Shown: positions 17,290-25,187 of the stretch, in pieces
Position numbering within the stretch: position 1 is the first letter of the stretch
How the letters are laid out: every line of letters starts with the position of its first letter
DNA from: a virus
Direction: 5' to 3' (one strand)
Length of the DNA: 29,406 bases
Virus genome (UHGV): UHGV-0125383
Position numbers and translations under genes: made by a program
The notes under the pieces: generated by a model
Seen by the model: only the letters and a program-made list of their open reading frames with translations
The model's database searches: none
Told to the model about the DNA's origin: nothing

Positions 17290-17964
17290 ATGAAAACTAT
17301 CCAGGAAATCAGGCGGTTAAACGCCAGAAAATTGAGAGATGGTGTTGGCGGTAATACTTACTTTGCTAACATGATCGATCGCGAGCCAACCCAGACCAGC
17401 AGGTTCATGGGAGAAGGTGCCACCAAAGGTATTGGTGACACTATGGCCAGGCACATCGAAAAATGTTTCGATCTTCCTCAGGGGTGGTTAGATACAGAAC
17501 ATCAAACGACTAATGTTGCAAAAGAACCTGATGTTTCCGACACTAATAGAAACATTACTATGGTTCCCGTTATATCCTGGGTGCAGGCAGGAGCATGGAC
17601 CGATTCTGGTTATGCTGAGGTAGATTTGAATAGTGTTGAAACCTATCCTTGTCCCGTGCCATGCGGGCCTATGACATATATCCTGCGTGTCATTGGAGAC
17701 TCAATGATCGACGAATATCGTCCTGGCGATATGATTTTTGTCGATCCTGAGGTCGCTGCAACGCATGGTGATGATGTCATAGCCCTAATGCATGATTCTG
17801 GTGAGACAACATTTAAAAGACTTATAGAAGACAGTGGTGCAAAATTTCTCAAAGCGTTGAATCCTAACTGGCCTGAGCCATACGTCAAGATTAATGGTAA
17901 TTGCTCAATAATTGGTACTGTAGTTTTCTCAGGAAAGCCCAGAAGATACAGACATAAACCTTAA
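17290..17964 (+). CDS. CI-type prophage repressor (HTH plus S24 LexA-like autopeptidase domain)
   Basis: Track ORF 17275..17964 begins at a TTG; the first ATG is 17290 (MKTIQEIRRLNARKL...). C-terminal domain has the S24 Ser motif (GDSM) and a downstream Lys (TFKRL). Confidence 0.9.
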   Translation: MKTIQEIRRLNARKLRDGVGGNTYFANMIDREPTQTSRFMGEGATKGIGDTMARHIEKCFDLPQGWLDTEHQTTNVAKEPDVSDTNRNITMVPVISWVQAGAWTDSGYAEVDLNSVETYPCPVPCGPMTYILRVIGDSMIDEYRPGDMIFVDPEVAATHGDDVIALMHDSGETTFKRLIEDSGAKFLKALNPNWPEPYVKINGNCSIIGTVVFSGKPRRYRHKP

Positions 17965-17975
17965 TTTTTCACAGT

Positions 17976-17999
17976 AAACCTGCTTCGGCAGGTTTTTTT
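17976..17999 (+). terminator. Rho-independent terminator downstream of the repressor gene
   Basis: AAACCTGC-TTCG-GCAGGTTT followed by a T-run: an 8-bp stem with TTCG tetraloop. Confidence 0.8.
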
Positions 18000-18003
18000 A
18001 TGC

Positions 18004-18032
18004 TTGACAATGTACCTTGACGGTACATAATG
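18004..18032 (+). promoter_or_regulatory. PL-like early promoter overlapped by a third operator copy
   Basis: TTGACA (18004-18009), about 16-17 bp spacer, CATAAT/ATAATG (18026-18032). Operator TGTACCTTGACGGTACA (18011-18027) occupies the spacer, so the repressor would occlude it. Confidence 0.65.
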
Positions 18033-18137
18033 TACCTACAAGCAACAGCGAACAGGCAGGACGCCCACGAAGTAGCCGCCGGTGGCGTATGAATGACCGG
18101 ATGATTCGCTAAGTAAGTCACGGTTGAGGGTTACACA

Positions 18138-18350
18138 ATGAATGCAGCACAGCGCCGCAAGGCGTATCGCAAACATCCAAAGGCCGGAGAGACTGTAGTT
18201 TTGCGCGGAGTTCCTCGCGTAGTTCTTGGCCCATGTACGTTCAATAGCTTTACAGGAGAAGGACGAAGCAAACCATCAGTGAGCCGAATCAGGGTTCAAA
18301 TGACTGGCGGTTCTACCGCTTCGCCACTGGTGCGGAATTTAAAGTTTTAA
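18138..18350 (+). CDS. Hypothetical early protein (70 aa) with Arg-rich N-terminus; possible N-like antiterminator
   Basis: First ORF downstream of the PL-like promoter; GAGGG SD 8 nt upstream of the ATG; N-terminus MNAAQRRKAYRKH is arginine-rich. No boxA/boxB-like nut site was found, so the function is speculative. Confidence 0.4.
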   Translation: MNAAQRRKAYRKHPKAGETVVLRGVPRVVLGPCTFNSFTGEGRSKPSVSRIRVQMTGGSTASPLVRNLKF

Positions 18351-18817
18351 TACCAAACAGGTGTCTTCGGGAGGGGTAACAGAGTCGCGGCCTGATTAAC
18401 TGCAACTCGTAGTCAAATTCCTACAGCTGGTGGCGATACCCAAGCCAGGAATACCGAAAACCAGTAGGAGTGTTAGGGAACAGGGCCAATCACCCCCTTA
18501 GCACCCCGCCCGAAGATACCTGACACCGCGCCTGATGTGGATAAAAGCAGGCCAAAGCAATAAGAAGTTCATCCCTGTTCTGGCGGCCCGGTGTTTTCCC
18601 GTGTATTTCCGGCAACCGCCAGCCTTTTCAGGGCACAACATGCAAGCGCACTCCTTCACTTACCAGTTATGGGTGACAGGTGTGAAACGGCGGAGTGCGC
18701 TTGCAGTTGTGGTGAATTGCAGCCCTTAGAGGTAACCAGAAGATAAGCATCTGGCGCCACAACCCAATCACGTAGCCAGCGTGGTACCAGGAAGTAAGAA
18801 AGCTGTGTGTAGTCTTG

Positions 18818-18887
18818 GCGGTACCAGGGTCTTCAACCTGACAAAAGGGGGACGAAGATAATGTTCTACCTCGGTACCGCCTTTTTT
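18818..18887 (+). terminator. Terminator-like element inside the early-left structured region
   Basis: GGCGGTACC (18818-18826) pairs perfectly with GGTACCGCC (18873-18881), followed by TTTTTT (18882-18887); the loop is long (46 nt), so function is uncertain. Confidence 0.3.
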
Positions 18888-19022
18888 ACAAAACAGACAA
18901 GGGCATCACCGGGTGACGGGCTCATAACCCAATCCACCCGGGCGGTTGCAGCCGCAGGTGCTCTTGTCTGTTTTGTGGAGAAACTAACTGGCGGTAGCGA
19001 CCGCCAACTCGAGGGTTAAACG

Positions 19023-19394
19023 ATGAGTAATGACCGCATGACCGTAGTGCCCGACTTCCTGGGCGAACTGGATGCCGGCGTGTTCATGAATAAGATCGCC
19101 GCGGCGCTGAATACCACCGCGCTCGGAGTTCTGAACAACGGCAACAAAGGCAAGGTAGTCCTTACCTTTGATTTTGAGCGTATGGGTAACTCCGTCGAAG
19201 AGAAGCGCGTCAAGATCAAGCACAAACTGAACTACAGCACCCCGACACCACGCGGAAAAGCGTCCGAAGAGGACACAACCGAAACCCCTATGTGGGTCAA
19301 CAAAGGCGGGAAGCTCACCATCCTCCAGGAGGATCAGGGGCAACTGTTCGGGATCACCGGCGCGGTGGACGGAAAGCTTAAAGCGGCTCAGTGA
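19023..19394 (+). CDS. Hypothetical phage early protein (123 aa)
   Basis: Track ORF with GAGGG SD upstream; no family recognised. Confidence 0.55.
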   Translation: MSNDRMTVVPDFLGELDAGVFMNKIAAALNTTALGVLNNGNKGKVVLTFDFERMGNSVEEKRVKIKHKLNYSTPTPRGKASEEDTTETPMWVNKGGKLTILQEDQGQLFGITGAVDGKLKAAQ

Positions 19395-19450
19395 TCCGCA
19401 GCAACAAATTCACTGATACCACTTCGATCATCAGTTAATAAGGAATTTCT

Positions 19451-20278
19451 ATGTCTCAGTTAGACAACGGCACATTTCAGCAGGTAAAAGACCTGGTTCT
19501 TTCTGGCTACCATCTGAATGATATTCAGGATCTGGCATGTCCAACCGCATTGTTACCTCAAGGAACCAACGTAGAAAGCCTCGAGCGTTTTTCTCTGGAG
19601 CGTTTCCGATTCCGCGGCGCAATGACCACGACCAGCATTGACGACTTCGCTCGTTACTCGAAGGGTTACTCCAACGCCGCCGAACCAGCCCGTTGCTTTA
19701 TTGACGCTGACAACATGACCGCCCGCTCGGTATTCAATATCGGCTCCCTGAACAATCCAGGACATGCCGATAACGTTGCCGCTATCACCCTGAAGAAAAC
19801 TGCCCCGTTCCGCGCGCTGCTGCAGATCGATGGTCAACGCCTGAAGCAAAAGCAAATCGCCGAATGGCTGGAAGACTGGAGCGATTATCTGCTGGCGTTC
19901 GATGCAGATGGCAATACGATGCAAATTTCCCAGGCCGCCCAGGCTGTACGCCGTATCACTATCCAATCGGCAACCCAGCAGGATCATGAAACAGGTGACT
20001 TCGCAGGTAAACGCTCACTCATGCAAAGCGTTGAAGCCAGCAGCAAAGAAGTCATGCCGGTGGCGTTCGAGTTCAAGTGTGTGCCGTATGAAGGGCTTGG
20101 CGAGCGCCGCTTTAGTCTGCGTAACAGCCTGCTGACTGGTGATGAGCCGAGCTTTGTTCTGCGTATCGTCCAACTGGAAGCCCAGGAAGAAGCGATCGCC
20201 AACGAGTTTCGCGATCTGCTGATCAGTAAATTCGACGGTGAATCAGTAGAAACCTTCATCGGTAACTTTAAAGCGTAA
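19451..20278 (+). CDS. DUF2303-like phage protein (YfdQ-like)
   Basis: 275-aa ORF with AAGGAA SD; resembles the YfdQ family of enterobacterial prophages (memory). Confidence 0.55.
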   Translation: MSQLDNGTFQQVKDLVLSGYHLNDIQDLACPTALLPQGTNVESLERFSLERFRFRGAMTTTSIDDFARYSKGYSNAAEPARCFIDADNMTARSVFNIGSLNNPGHADNVAAITLKKTAPFRALLQIDGQRLKQKQIAEWLEDWSDYLLAFDADGNTMQISQAAQAVRRITIQSATQQDHETGDFAGKRSLMQSVEASSKEVMPVAFEFKCVPYEGLGERRFSLRNSLLTGDEPSFVLRIVQLEAQEEAIANEFRDLLISKFDGESVETFIGNFKA

Positions 20279-20409
20279 TTGCTCAGCATTAAATCCCCGG
20301 CGCCGCGGGGATTTATTGAAGCGTAATTCCTTTATATATCGCCATCTGGCGAGGGATTCGTGCAACCAAAAATCGTGCGGTGCAGCGCACCAATTAAGGA
20401 GAACTAACG

Positions 20410-20949
20410 ATGAGTTATATCCAGACTCTTTCCGGTAAGAAGTTCGATTATATCAACTCCACCATTGACGATATTGATATCGAAGACATCGCCGGGGCGC
20501 TTTCCAATATCTGCCGCTTCGCGGGGCACCTGTCGGATTTTTACAGCGTGGCACAGCATTCCGTTCTGTGCAGTCAACTCGTGGCGCCAGAGTTCGCCTT
20601 TGAAGCGCTGATGCATGATGCCGCAGAGGCGTACTGCCTGGACATCCCTGCCCCGCTGAAAGCATTGTTGCCAGATTACCGCCTGATCGAGACACGAACT
20701 GACCACCTAATCCGCCTGAAATTCGGCCTGCCGCTCGACGAGACATACCTCGTTAAATATGCCGACCTGACCATGCTCGCGACCGAGCGCCGGGATCTGG
20801 ATATCGACGACGGCTCCATATGGCCGATTCTGGAAGGTATTCCACCCACGGATTTATTCGAAATTCATCCTTTGCGCCCCGGCCAGGCCTTCGGCCTGTT
20901 CATTAACCGGTTCAATGAACTGATGGAGCTGCGCCAATGCGCCGCCTGA
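20410..20949 (+). CDS. HD-domain phosphohydrolase (YfdR-like 5'-deoxynucleotidase)
   Basis: 179-aa ORF with HD motif (ALMHDAAEAY) and upstream His residues; TAAGGAGAA SD. Confidence 0.7.
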   Translation: MSYIQTLSGKKFDYINSTIDDIDIEDIAGALSNICRFAGHLSDFYSVAQHSVLCSQLVAPEFAFEALMHDAAEAYCLDIPAPLKALLPDYRLIETRTDHLIRLKFGLPLDETYLVKYADLTMLATERRDLDIDDGSIWPILEGIPPTDLFEIHPLRPGQAFGLFINRFNELMELRQCAA

Positions 20950-21113
20950 AAGTAAAGGAGCTCGTTGCGGAGGCTCATGCCTCCGTACCGGAACTACCAG
21001 CAAAGCATGGGCGGCTTATGAAAGAGGTCGCAACACGACTGGAAGCAACCTATGCAGCGTTAACCGAGTCACTGGCTCGGCTGGATCAGCAACGTGAAGG
21101 TAATGTGCAATGA
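20937..21113 (+). CDS. Hypothetical small protein (58 aa)
   Basis: Hand-translated MRRLKVKELVAEAHASVPELPAKHGRLMKEVATRLEATYAALTESLARLDQQREGNVQ; overlaps the upstream stop and the downstream start (ATGA) in a coupled arrangement. Confidence 0.45.
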   Translation: MRRLKVKELVAEAHASVPELPAKHGRLMKEVATRLEATYAALTESLARLDQQREGNVQ

Positions 21114-21364
21114 CCGTATTCGAATACGTCCAGGCCCATCCCAATACCACCAGCAGCGATATTGCTAAAGCGCTGAACAGAAGGACACCCGTTGTGGCCG
21201 GCGCACTATCGCAACTCTACACCACTGGCCACATCGTAAAAACTGGTGTTCGTGGTGGTGCACCAACATACCGCGTCAACGATCTGCCATTCGGCTGCAG
21301 TAATCCTCTGACGATGATGTTTAACCACCTTTTACAGGCTGTCCGCCAGGAGTCCGCCCAATGA
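21110..21364 (+). CDS. Hypothetical phage protein (84 aa), possible winged-helix DNA-binding protein
   Basis: Track ORF; N-terminal segment (SSDIAKALNRRTPVVAGALSQLYTTGHIVK) is HTH-like. Confidence 0.5.
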   Translation: MTVFEYVQAHPNTTSSDIAKALNRRTPVVAGALSQLYTTGHIVKTGVRGGAPTYRVNDLPFGCSNPLTMMFNHLLQAVRQESAQ

Positions 21365-21708
21365 GCAACATCGACAAACAGGCTCTGCGTGATATCGCAG
21401 AGAAAACAAAAATCGCTGGCGAAGCTCCGGTTATGCCGTTCTGGCAACGAATCAATACGCTGAATGATTTCATGAAGCGCGTTACTCCGGCCACCGTGCT
21501 GACGCTGCTGGATGAGCTGGAAGCCAAAGACAAGCAGGTTGCAGAGCTGCAGGCGCGTGACCAGCCTAAGTTTGTACAGTGTTGGTCATGTAAACGTGCC
21601 ATCGAGGTATTGGCGATAGCTGACTGTGATGGGTATTGCCCTCGCTGTGCGGCTCCAATTGACCTCGATGACGAGCCATACGCCGCTGGCATCGGTAAGG
21701 GGGAGTGA
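21361..21708 (+). CDS. Hypothetical phage protein (115 aa) with C-terminal CxxC...CxxC zinc-ribbon-like motif
   Basis: Track ORF; CWSCKRA...CDGYCPRC. Confidence 0.5.
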   Translation: MSNIDKQALRDIAEKTKIAGEAPVMPFWQRINTLNDFMKRVTPATVLTLLDELEAKDKQVAELQARDQPKFVQCWSCKRAIEVLAIADCDGYCPRCAAPIDLDDEPYAAGIGKGE

Positions 21709-21917
21709 TGGGTATTACTGAAGGCTTCTGCGCGGATCTCTACTGCGATTGTGAAGGTTGCCAGTCAGGGAAAATTTATCCGCAGGCGCAGGCGGACTTT
21801 ATTGGCCGGAATATGACCGATATTTCACAGCAGGCACGTGAGGCGGGCTGGCGCATCAGCAAAGACAGAACTCGCGCATTTGCACCCGGACACAAAATTA
21901 CCAGGACTAACCCATGA
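21705..21917 (+). CDS. Hypothetical Cys-rich small protein (70 aa)
   Basis: Track ORF overlapping neighbours by 4 nt on each side. Confidence 0.45.
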   Translation: MMGITEGFCADLYCDCEGCQSGKIYPQAQADFIGRNMTDISQQAREAGWRISKDRTRAFAPGHKITRTNP

Positions 21918-23089
21918 CCACTATTACCAGATTCACCAAAGAGCAGTTAATCAAGCGCCTGGAAGAACAGCAGTCGGGAGCGCGCTATGCGTTAAGCTTT
22001 GTGCAGGATAGTGAAATCCTGCGAGATATTGAGATGGATTTGCGCATTACTGAAATCGCGCGGGCATCACTGGAGGCTGAGCCTGTATCTTTTGATGCCC
22101 TACGTGATGCCGTCGCTGAAGTTTCTGGCGGCGCCGCAATGGAATGGAGTGATATTTATAAGGGGCATCAGGCTGTGCCGTTTATCAATTTCAACTCACT
22201 GGCTCGAATCGTTGACAAGTTCCGCGCCGCCCCGCCAGCGCCTACTGTGACATTCTATCGCGACGGGATTGAAGCCGCTGCAGCGTGGGTGGACCAGCAA
22301 CGCGAGTCTTACGACAGCGAACACGGACGGCACGATCCAGGCACAGGAACGTTTGAATTCGGCAATGACGCCCAGCGCGATTACTCGGCAACGCTGGAGG
22401 AAATCGCCGAGGGTATTCGCGGCTTGCACCCCAACACCGCCCCGCCAGCGCCGGTAGTGTGTCAGGAGCCAATTGCGTGGCTTAACGACGCGTATTTAGC
22501 TCGCGGCGTGGTTGATGGGGAAGCAGGTAGCGAGGATGTAGGTCCAGGTTATATCCCGGTTTACCGTGAGCCACTCTATGCAGTGCAGCCAGCGGCGGTA
22601 GTGCCGGATGATCTAGCTAAAGCGTTCATTTCGGCGATAGAAAAAGAGCAAGATCGCCTATTCGGTGAGGATTATCTGATGGATTCGAAAGACTGCATTG
22701 ATGTAATCCGCGAAGAGATGCAGAGACTTAACGCCTGCCGCGCCGCCCTGCTTCAGGGTAGCCAACCTGTAAGTAATCGTGATGAGTTGCCGCCCAGCAT
22801 CAAATCCGCGCCAGAACTGGATTCTGTGGCTAAAAACGCTGAGTTGCTGCCCGGAAACTCTCCGGTAACTCCGGATAGTTCGGAGGATACAAAGCGCCTT
22901 GACTGGCTTGATTACCAGAACAAAAGGCTGAATGAGTATTACGGCACGGCCTACGGTTGGAAATTTGACGCGAATTTCCAGAGGAACGCAATGATGCTCA
23001 ATGACAGCAATTATCCAGTTATGACAGTTCGCCAGGCTATTGATCAGGCTATCGCATCAGCTCAGCAGCAGGAGGTAAATCGTGAATAA
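21914..23089 (+). CDS. Hypothetical phage protein (391 aa) with internal Pro-rich repeats
   Basis: Track ORF; repeated AAPPAPTVTFY / TAPPAPVVCQEP segments; no family recognised. Confidence 0.55.
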   Translation: MTTITRFTKEQLIKRLEEQQSGARYALSFVQDSEILRDIEMDLRITEIARASLEAEPVSFDALRDAVAEVSGGAAMEWSDIYKGHQAVPFINFNSLARIVDKFRAAPPAPTVTFYRDGIEAAAAWVDQQRESYDSEHGRHDPGTGTFEFGNDAQRDYSATLEEIAEGIRGLHPNTAPPAPVVCQEPIAWLNDAYLARGVVDGEAGSEDVGPGYIPVYREPLYAVQPAAVVPDDLAKAFISAIEKEQDRLFGEDYLMDSKDCIDVIREEMQRLNACRAALLQGSQPVSNRDELPPSIKSAPELDSVAKNAELLPGNSPVTPDSSEDTKRLDWLDYQNKRLNEYYGTAYGWKFDANFQRNAMMLNDSNYPVMTVRQAIDQAIASAQQQEVNRE

Positions 23090-23318
23090 ATCTGAACTAC
23101 TTCAGAAAATTGCAGCACTTGCTTCAGAGTGCCACGCGCTAGGCTGTGAACTTGATATAGGTGACGAGCGGACAGAAGCATTCGAAATATATGAAGTCCT
23201 TCGTCGGTTACAGCGTTTCGGTTCTGCCAGTGAAATGTTGGCTGCAACCAACCCACTCTTGTCTCCTGGTATTTCAAATGATACGGATTGGGTCAATTTT
23301 GACGCTGATGATGAATAA
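23082..23318 (+). CDS. Hypothetical acidic small protein (78 aa)
   Basis: Track ORF overlapping the upstream gene by 8 nt. Confidence 0.45.
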   Translation: MNKSELLQKIAALASECHALGCELDIGDERTEAFEIYEVLRRLQRFGSASEMLAATNPLLSPGISNDTDWVNFDADDE

Positions 23319-23413
23319 ACCAAGATCGAACTTTGCTGAAATTGATACCGACCACCAGCACTGATATTTGATGTTACAGCCCGGGTGCAGCCGGGCTAAG
23401 TGGAGAAACAGCC

Positions 23414-23623
23414 ATGGCAAAGCTAATGAAGGCGAGTCAATGGGGACGCCGTGAATTTACCAATGACTCAGTTCCTGACAACCGAACTATTAGACGTTGG
23501 GTCGAGAATGGTTTACTCATGGGACGTATCGTGGACGGTTCTGTTTTTGTCTGCGAAACAGAAAAATGGGGTGTCGACTCAATGGTTAGTCAAGTAGTTC
23601 GCCAGTTAATTAATGAGGGCTGA
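23414..23623 (+). CDS. xis: Excisionase (lambda Xis-like)
   Basis: 69-aa ORF immediately upstream of the integrase; NRTIRRWVENGLL resembles the lambda Xis ETVRRWV region (memory); GGAGAAA SD. Confidence 0.7.
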   Translation: MAKLMKASQWGRREFTNDSVPDNRTIRRWVENGLLMGRIVDGSVFVCETEKWGVDSMVSQVVRQLINEG

Positions 23624-23625
23624 CC

Positions 23626-24804
23626 ATGGCGGCAAGGCCAAGAAAAAAAGAATACCGACATCTGCCGGACTATCTGGTATTTGATAAAGATCGAGGTGTT
23701 TATAAATTCACACTTATTACCGGGAAGAAGAAAAATATAGGTAAGGATCGGGCCATCGCAATAGCTATCGCCAGAGAGTACAACCTGAGGATGAGACCTG
23801 AACTTTCCCCGTCGGTTGATAATCTCATTAGAGAATCTGGTGGGGTTACTGGAGAAGCCAAACCATTTGCTGAACATGTGGATCACATAATGGAACGTGC
23901 TATTGAGGACGAGCGCCCTTCTCAGAGCACCCTGGATGACTGGAATAATGACGCACTACGCGTAAAAGAGTTTTTCGTTAATGTTCCTGCCTGCGATATC
24001 GAGTTGGAGCATGTTAACGCATACATCAATCAATACCATGCCGGCGCGTCTGCGAACGTGCAAAACAGAAAAGTCAGCTTCCTTAAAAAGCTGTTTTCGT
24101 ATGCGGTCGATGAATCCCTGATGCTCGATAATCCGGCAACCCGGAAGAAAATGCGCAGGACCGAAGAGAAGAAAAGACAACGCCTGTCGCTCGATCATTT
24201 CATGGCTATCCGGCGCGCTGCAGCACCATGGTTAAGAACGGCAATGGACCTGGCTCTACAGACGACACATGCGCGCCTCGAAGTCTCGAGGATCCGTTAT
24301 TCAATTCGCGAACCCAAAAACGGTATATGTGGTTGTGTCTGGCTCGATCAGCCAGAGAACGGTATCTATGGAACACTATACATACACCGCCAAAAGGTAC
24401 AGAAGAAGGAGGCGTCGCACGTTGCGATCCCCATAGGTGATGAGTTAAAACGCATCATTGATGATAGCCGGGATAATGTGGCCAGTCCGTATGTTGTTCA
24501 TCGGATCCCGGAACGACAGGTTAAACGGAGCAAAGAAGTCTCGCATCCCACCCAGGTGGCCCCGGATTATTTAAGCAGGTCATTCTCTGCTGTCCGCGAC
24601 AGGCTCGGGTTATGCAATCACCTCGCAATGGATGAAAGACCGACCTTCCATGAAATACGAGCTTTGGCTGCTCACCTGTTTGATAAACAGGGCATAGATC
24701 CGCAAGGCAGAATGGCGCATAGCGATGCAAAGTCTACGAAAATTTATACCCAGAATCATATAGATTGGGTGGTAGTTCCACATGGCGAAATCAGAACTGG
24801 ATGA
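23626..24804 (+). CDS. int: Tyrosine integrase, lambda Int family
   Basis: 392-aa ORF. N-terminal arm-binding-like region (KEYRHLPDYLVF) and C-terminal catalytic region (RPTFHEIRALAAHLFDKQ ... AHSDAKSTKIYT) parallel lambda Int (memory). Confidence 0.92.
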   Translation: MAARPRKKEYRHLPDYLVFDKDRGVYKFTLITGKKKNIGKDRAIAIAIAREYNLRMRPELSPSVDNLIRESGGVTGEAKPFAEHVDHIMERAIEDERPSQSTLDDWNNDALRVKEFFVNVPACDIELEHVNAYINQYHAGASANVQNRKVSFLKKLFSYAVDESLMLDNPATRKKMRRTEEKKRQRLSLDHFMAIRRAAAPWLRTAMDLALQTTHARLEVSRIRYSIREPKNGICGCVWLDQPENGIYGTLYIHRQKVQKKEASHVAIPIGDELKRIIDDSRDNVASPYVVHRIPERQVKRSKEVSHPTQVAPDYLSRSFSAVRDRLGLCNHLAMDERPTFHEIRALAAHLFDKQGIDPQGRMAHSDAKSTKIYTQNHIDWVVVPHGEIRTG

Positions 24805-24809
24805 AGTGC

Positions 24810-25030
24810 ATGATTTGTCAAATGACATGTAAATGGACCACGTACCGACCTTGTCAACAAAGGCAAAAAGAACTATTACTTTAATATGTAAAATTGAAGT
24901 TCATAAGAGTGCAAGACTAACCATTTGTTTTTAAATAAAAATAAATCTTAGACTCACTTTTCTGAAACTGTACTAATCTATTGTCAAGTGCGTACCGCTC
25001 TTGGTACTATTCAGTCAACAAAGGTTTCAC
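24810..25030. other. Candidate attachment-site region (arm-type repeats) immediately downstream of int
   Basis: AT-rich. Palindrome TGTCAAATGACA (24816-24827); direct repeats CGTACCGACCTTGTCAACAAAGG (24841-24863) and CGTACCGCTC...AGTCAACAAAGG (24991-25024); TTGTCAAG (24981-24988). The GTCA-core repeats resemble lambda-type arm sites; this is inference. Confidence 0.3.
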
Positions 25031-25081
25031 AACAAACTGAAGTTCTAACCCACACAGTAGGTACAACAAGGAGAGGCTTAT

Positions 25082-25117
25082 ATGAAAAACTTCGCTATCG
25101 GTTACGGGGAAGGTTAA
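25082..25117 (+). CDS. Putative leader peptide (11 codons, MKNFAIGYGEG)
   Basis: ATG 25082 preceded by AAGGAGAGG SD at 8-nt spacing; stop 25115-25117; followed 20 nt later by an intrinsic terminator and then the 333-aa gene. Confidence 0.35.
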   Translation: MKNFAIGYGEG

Positions 25118-25137
25118 GTCTTAACGTGCATTGAACT

Positions 25138-25165
25138 AAACTCCTCATTTTGAGGAGTTTTTTTT
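25138..25165 (+). terminator. Intrinsic terminator / attenuator between the leader ORF and the membrane-protein gene
   Basis: AAACTCCTCA-TTTT-GAGGAG followed by eight T's. Confidence 0.7.
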
Positions 25166-25187
25166 CATCTTCTATAAGGTTTTCAGA

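Larger units (their letters stand above)
1..25050. mobile_element. Lambdoid phage/prophage genome segment (head-packaging, lysis, Q, nin/replication, immunity, early-left operon, xis-int); left end runs off the window, right boundary uncertain
   Basis: Gene order and content read from the ORF track: capsid-protease-portal-terminase / holin-endolysin-Rz / Q / RusA / rep with iterons / cro | cI / xis-int. This is the canonical lambdoid layout (established knowledge); the extent is inferred. Confidence 0.85.

Noticed and set aside
18036-18137. lambda-type nutL (boxA/boxB) upstream of the 70-aa ORF
   Set aside because: No convincing boxA (CGCTCTTA-like) or boxB pentaloop hairpin was found; the only hairpin candidate (GCCGCC/GGTGGC) is loop-less. 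N-type antitermination therefore remains unsupported.
18535-18729. 64-aa ORF inside the structured early-left region
   Set aside because: No SD, atypical composition, and it spans strong RNA-like hairpins; the region is more plausibly noncoding. Not fully excluded.
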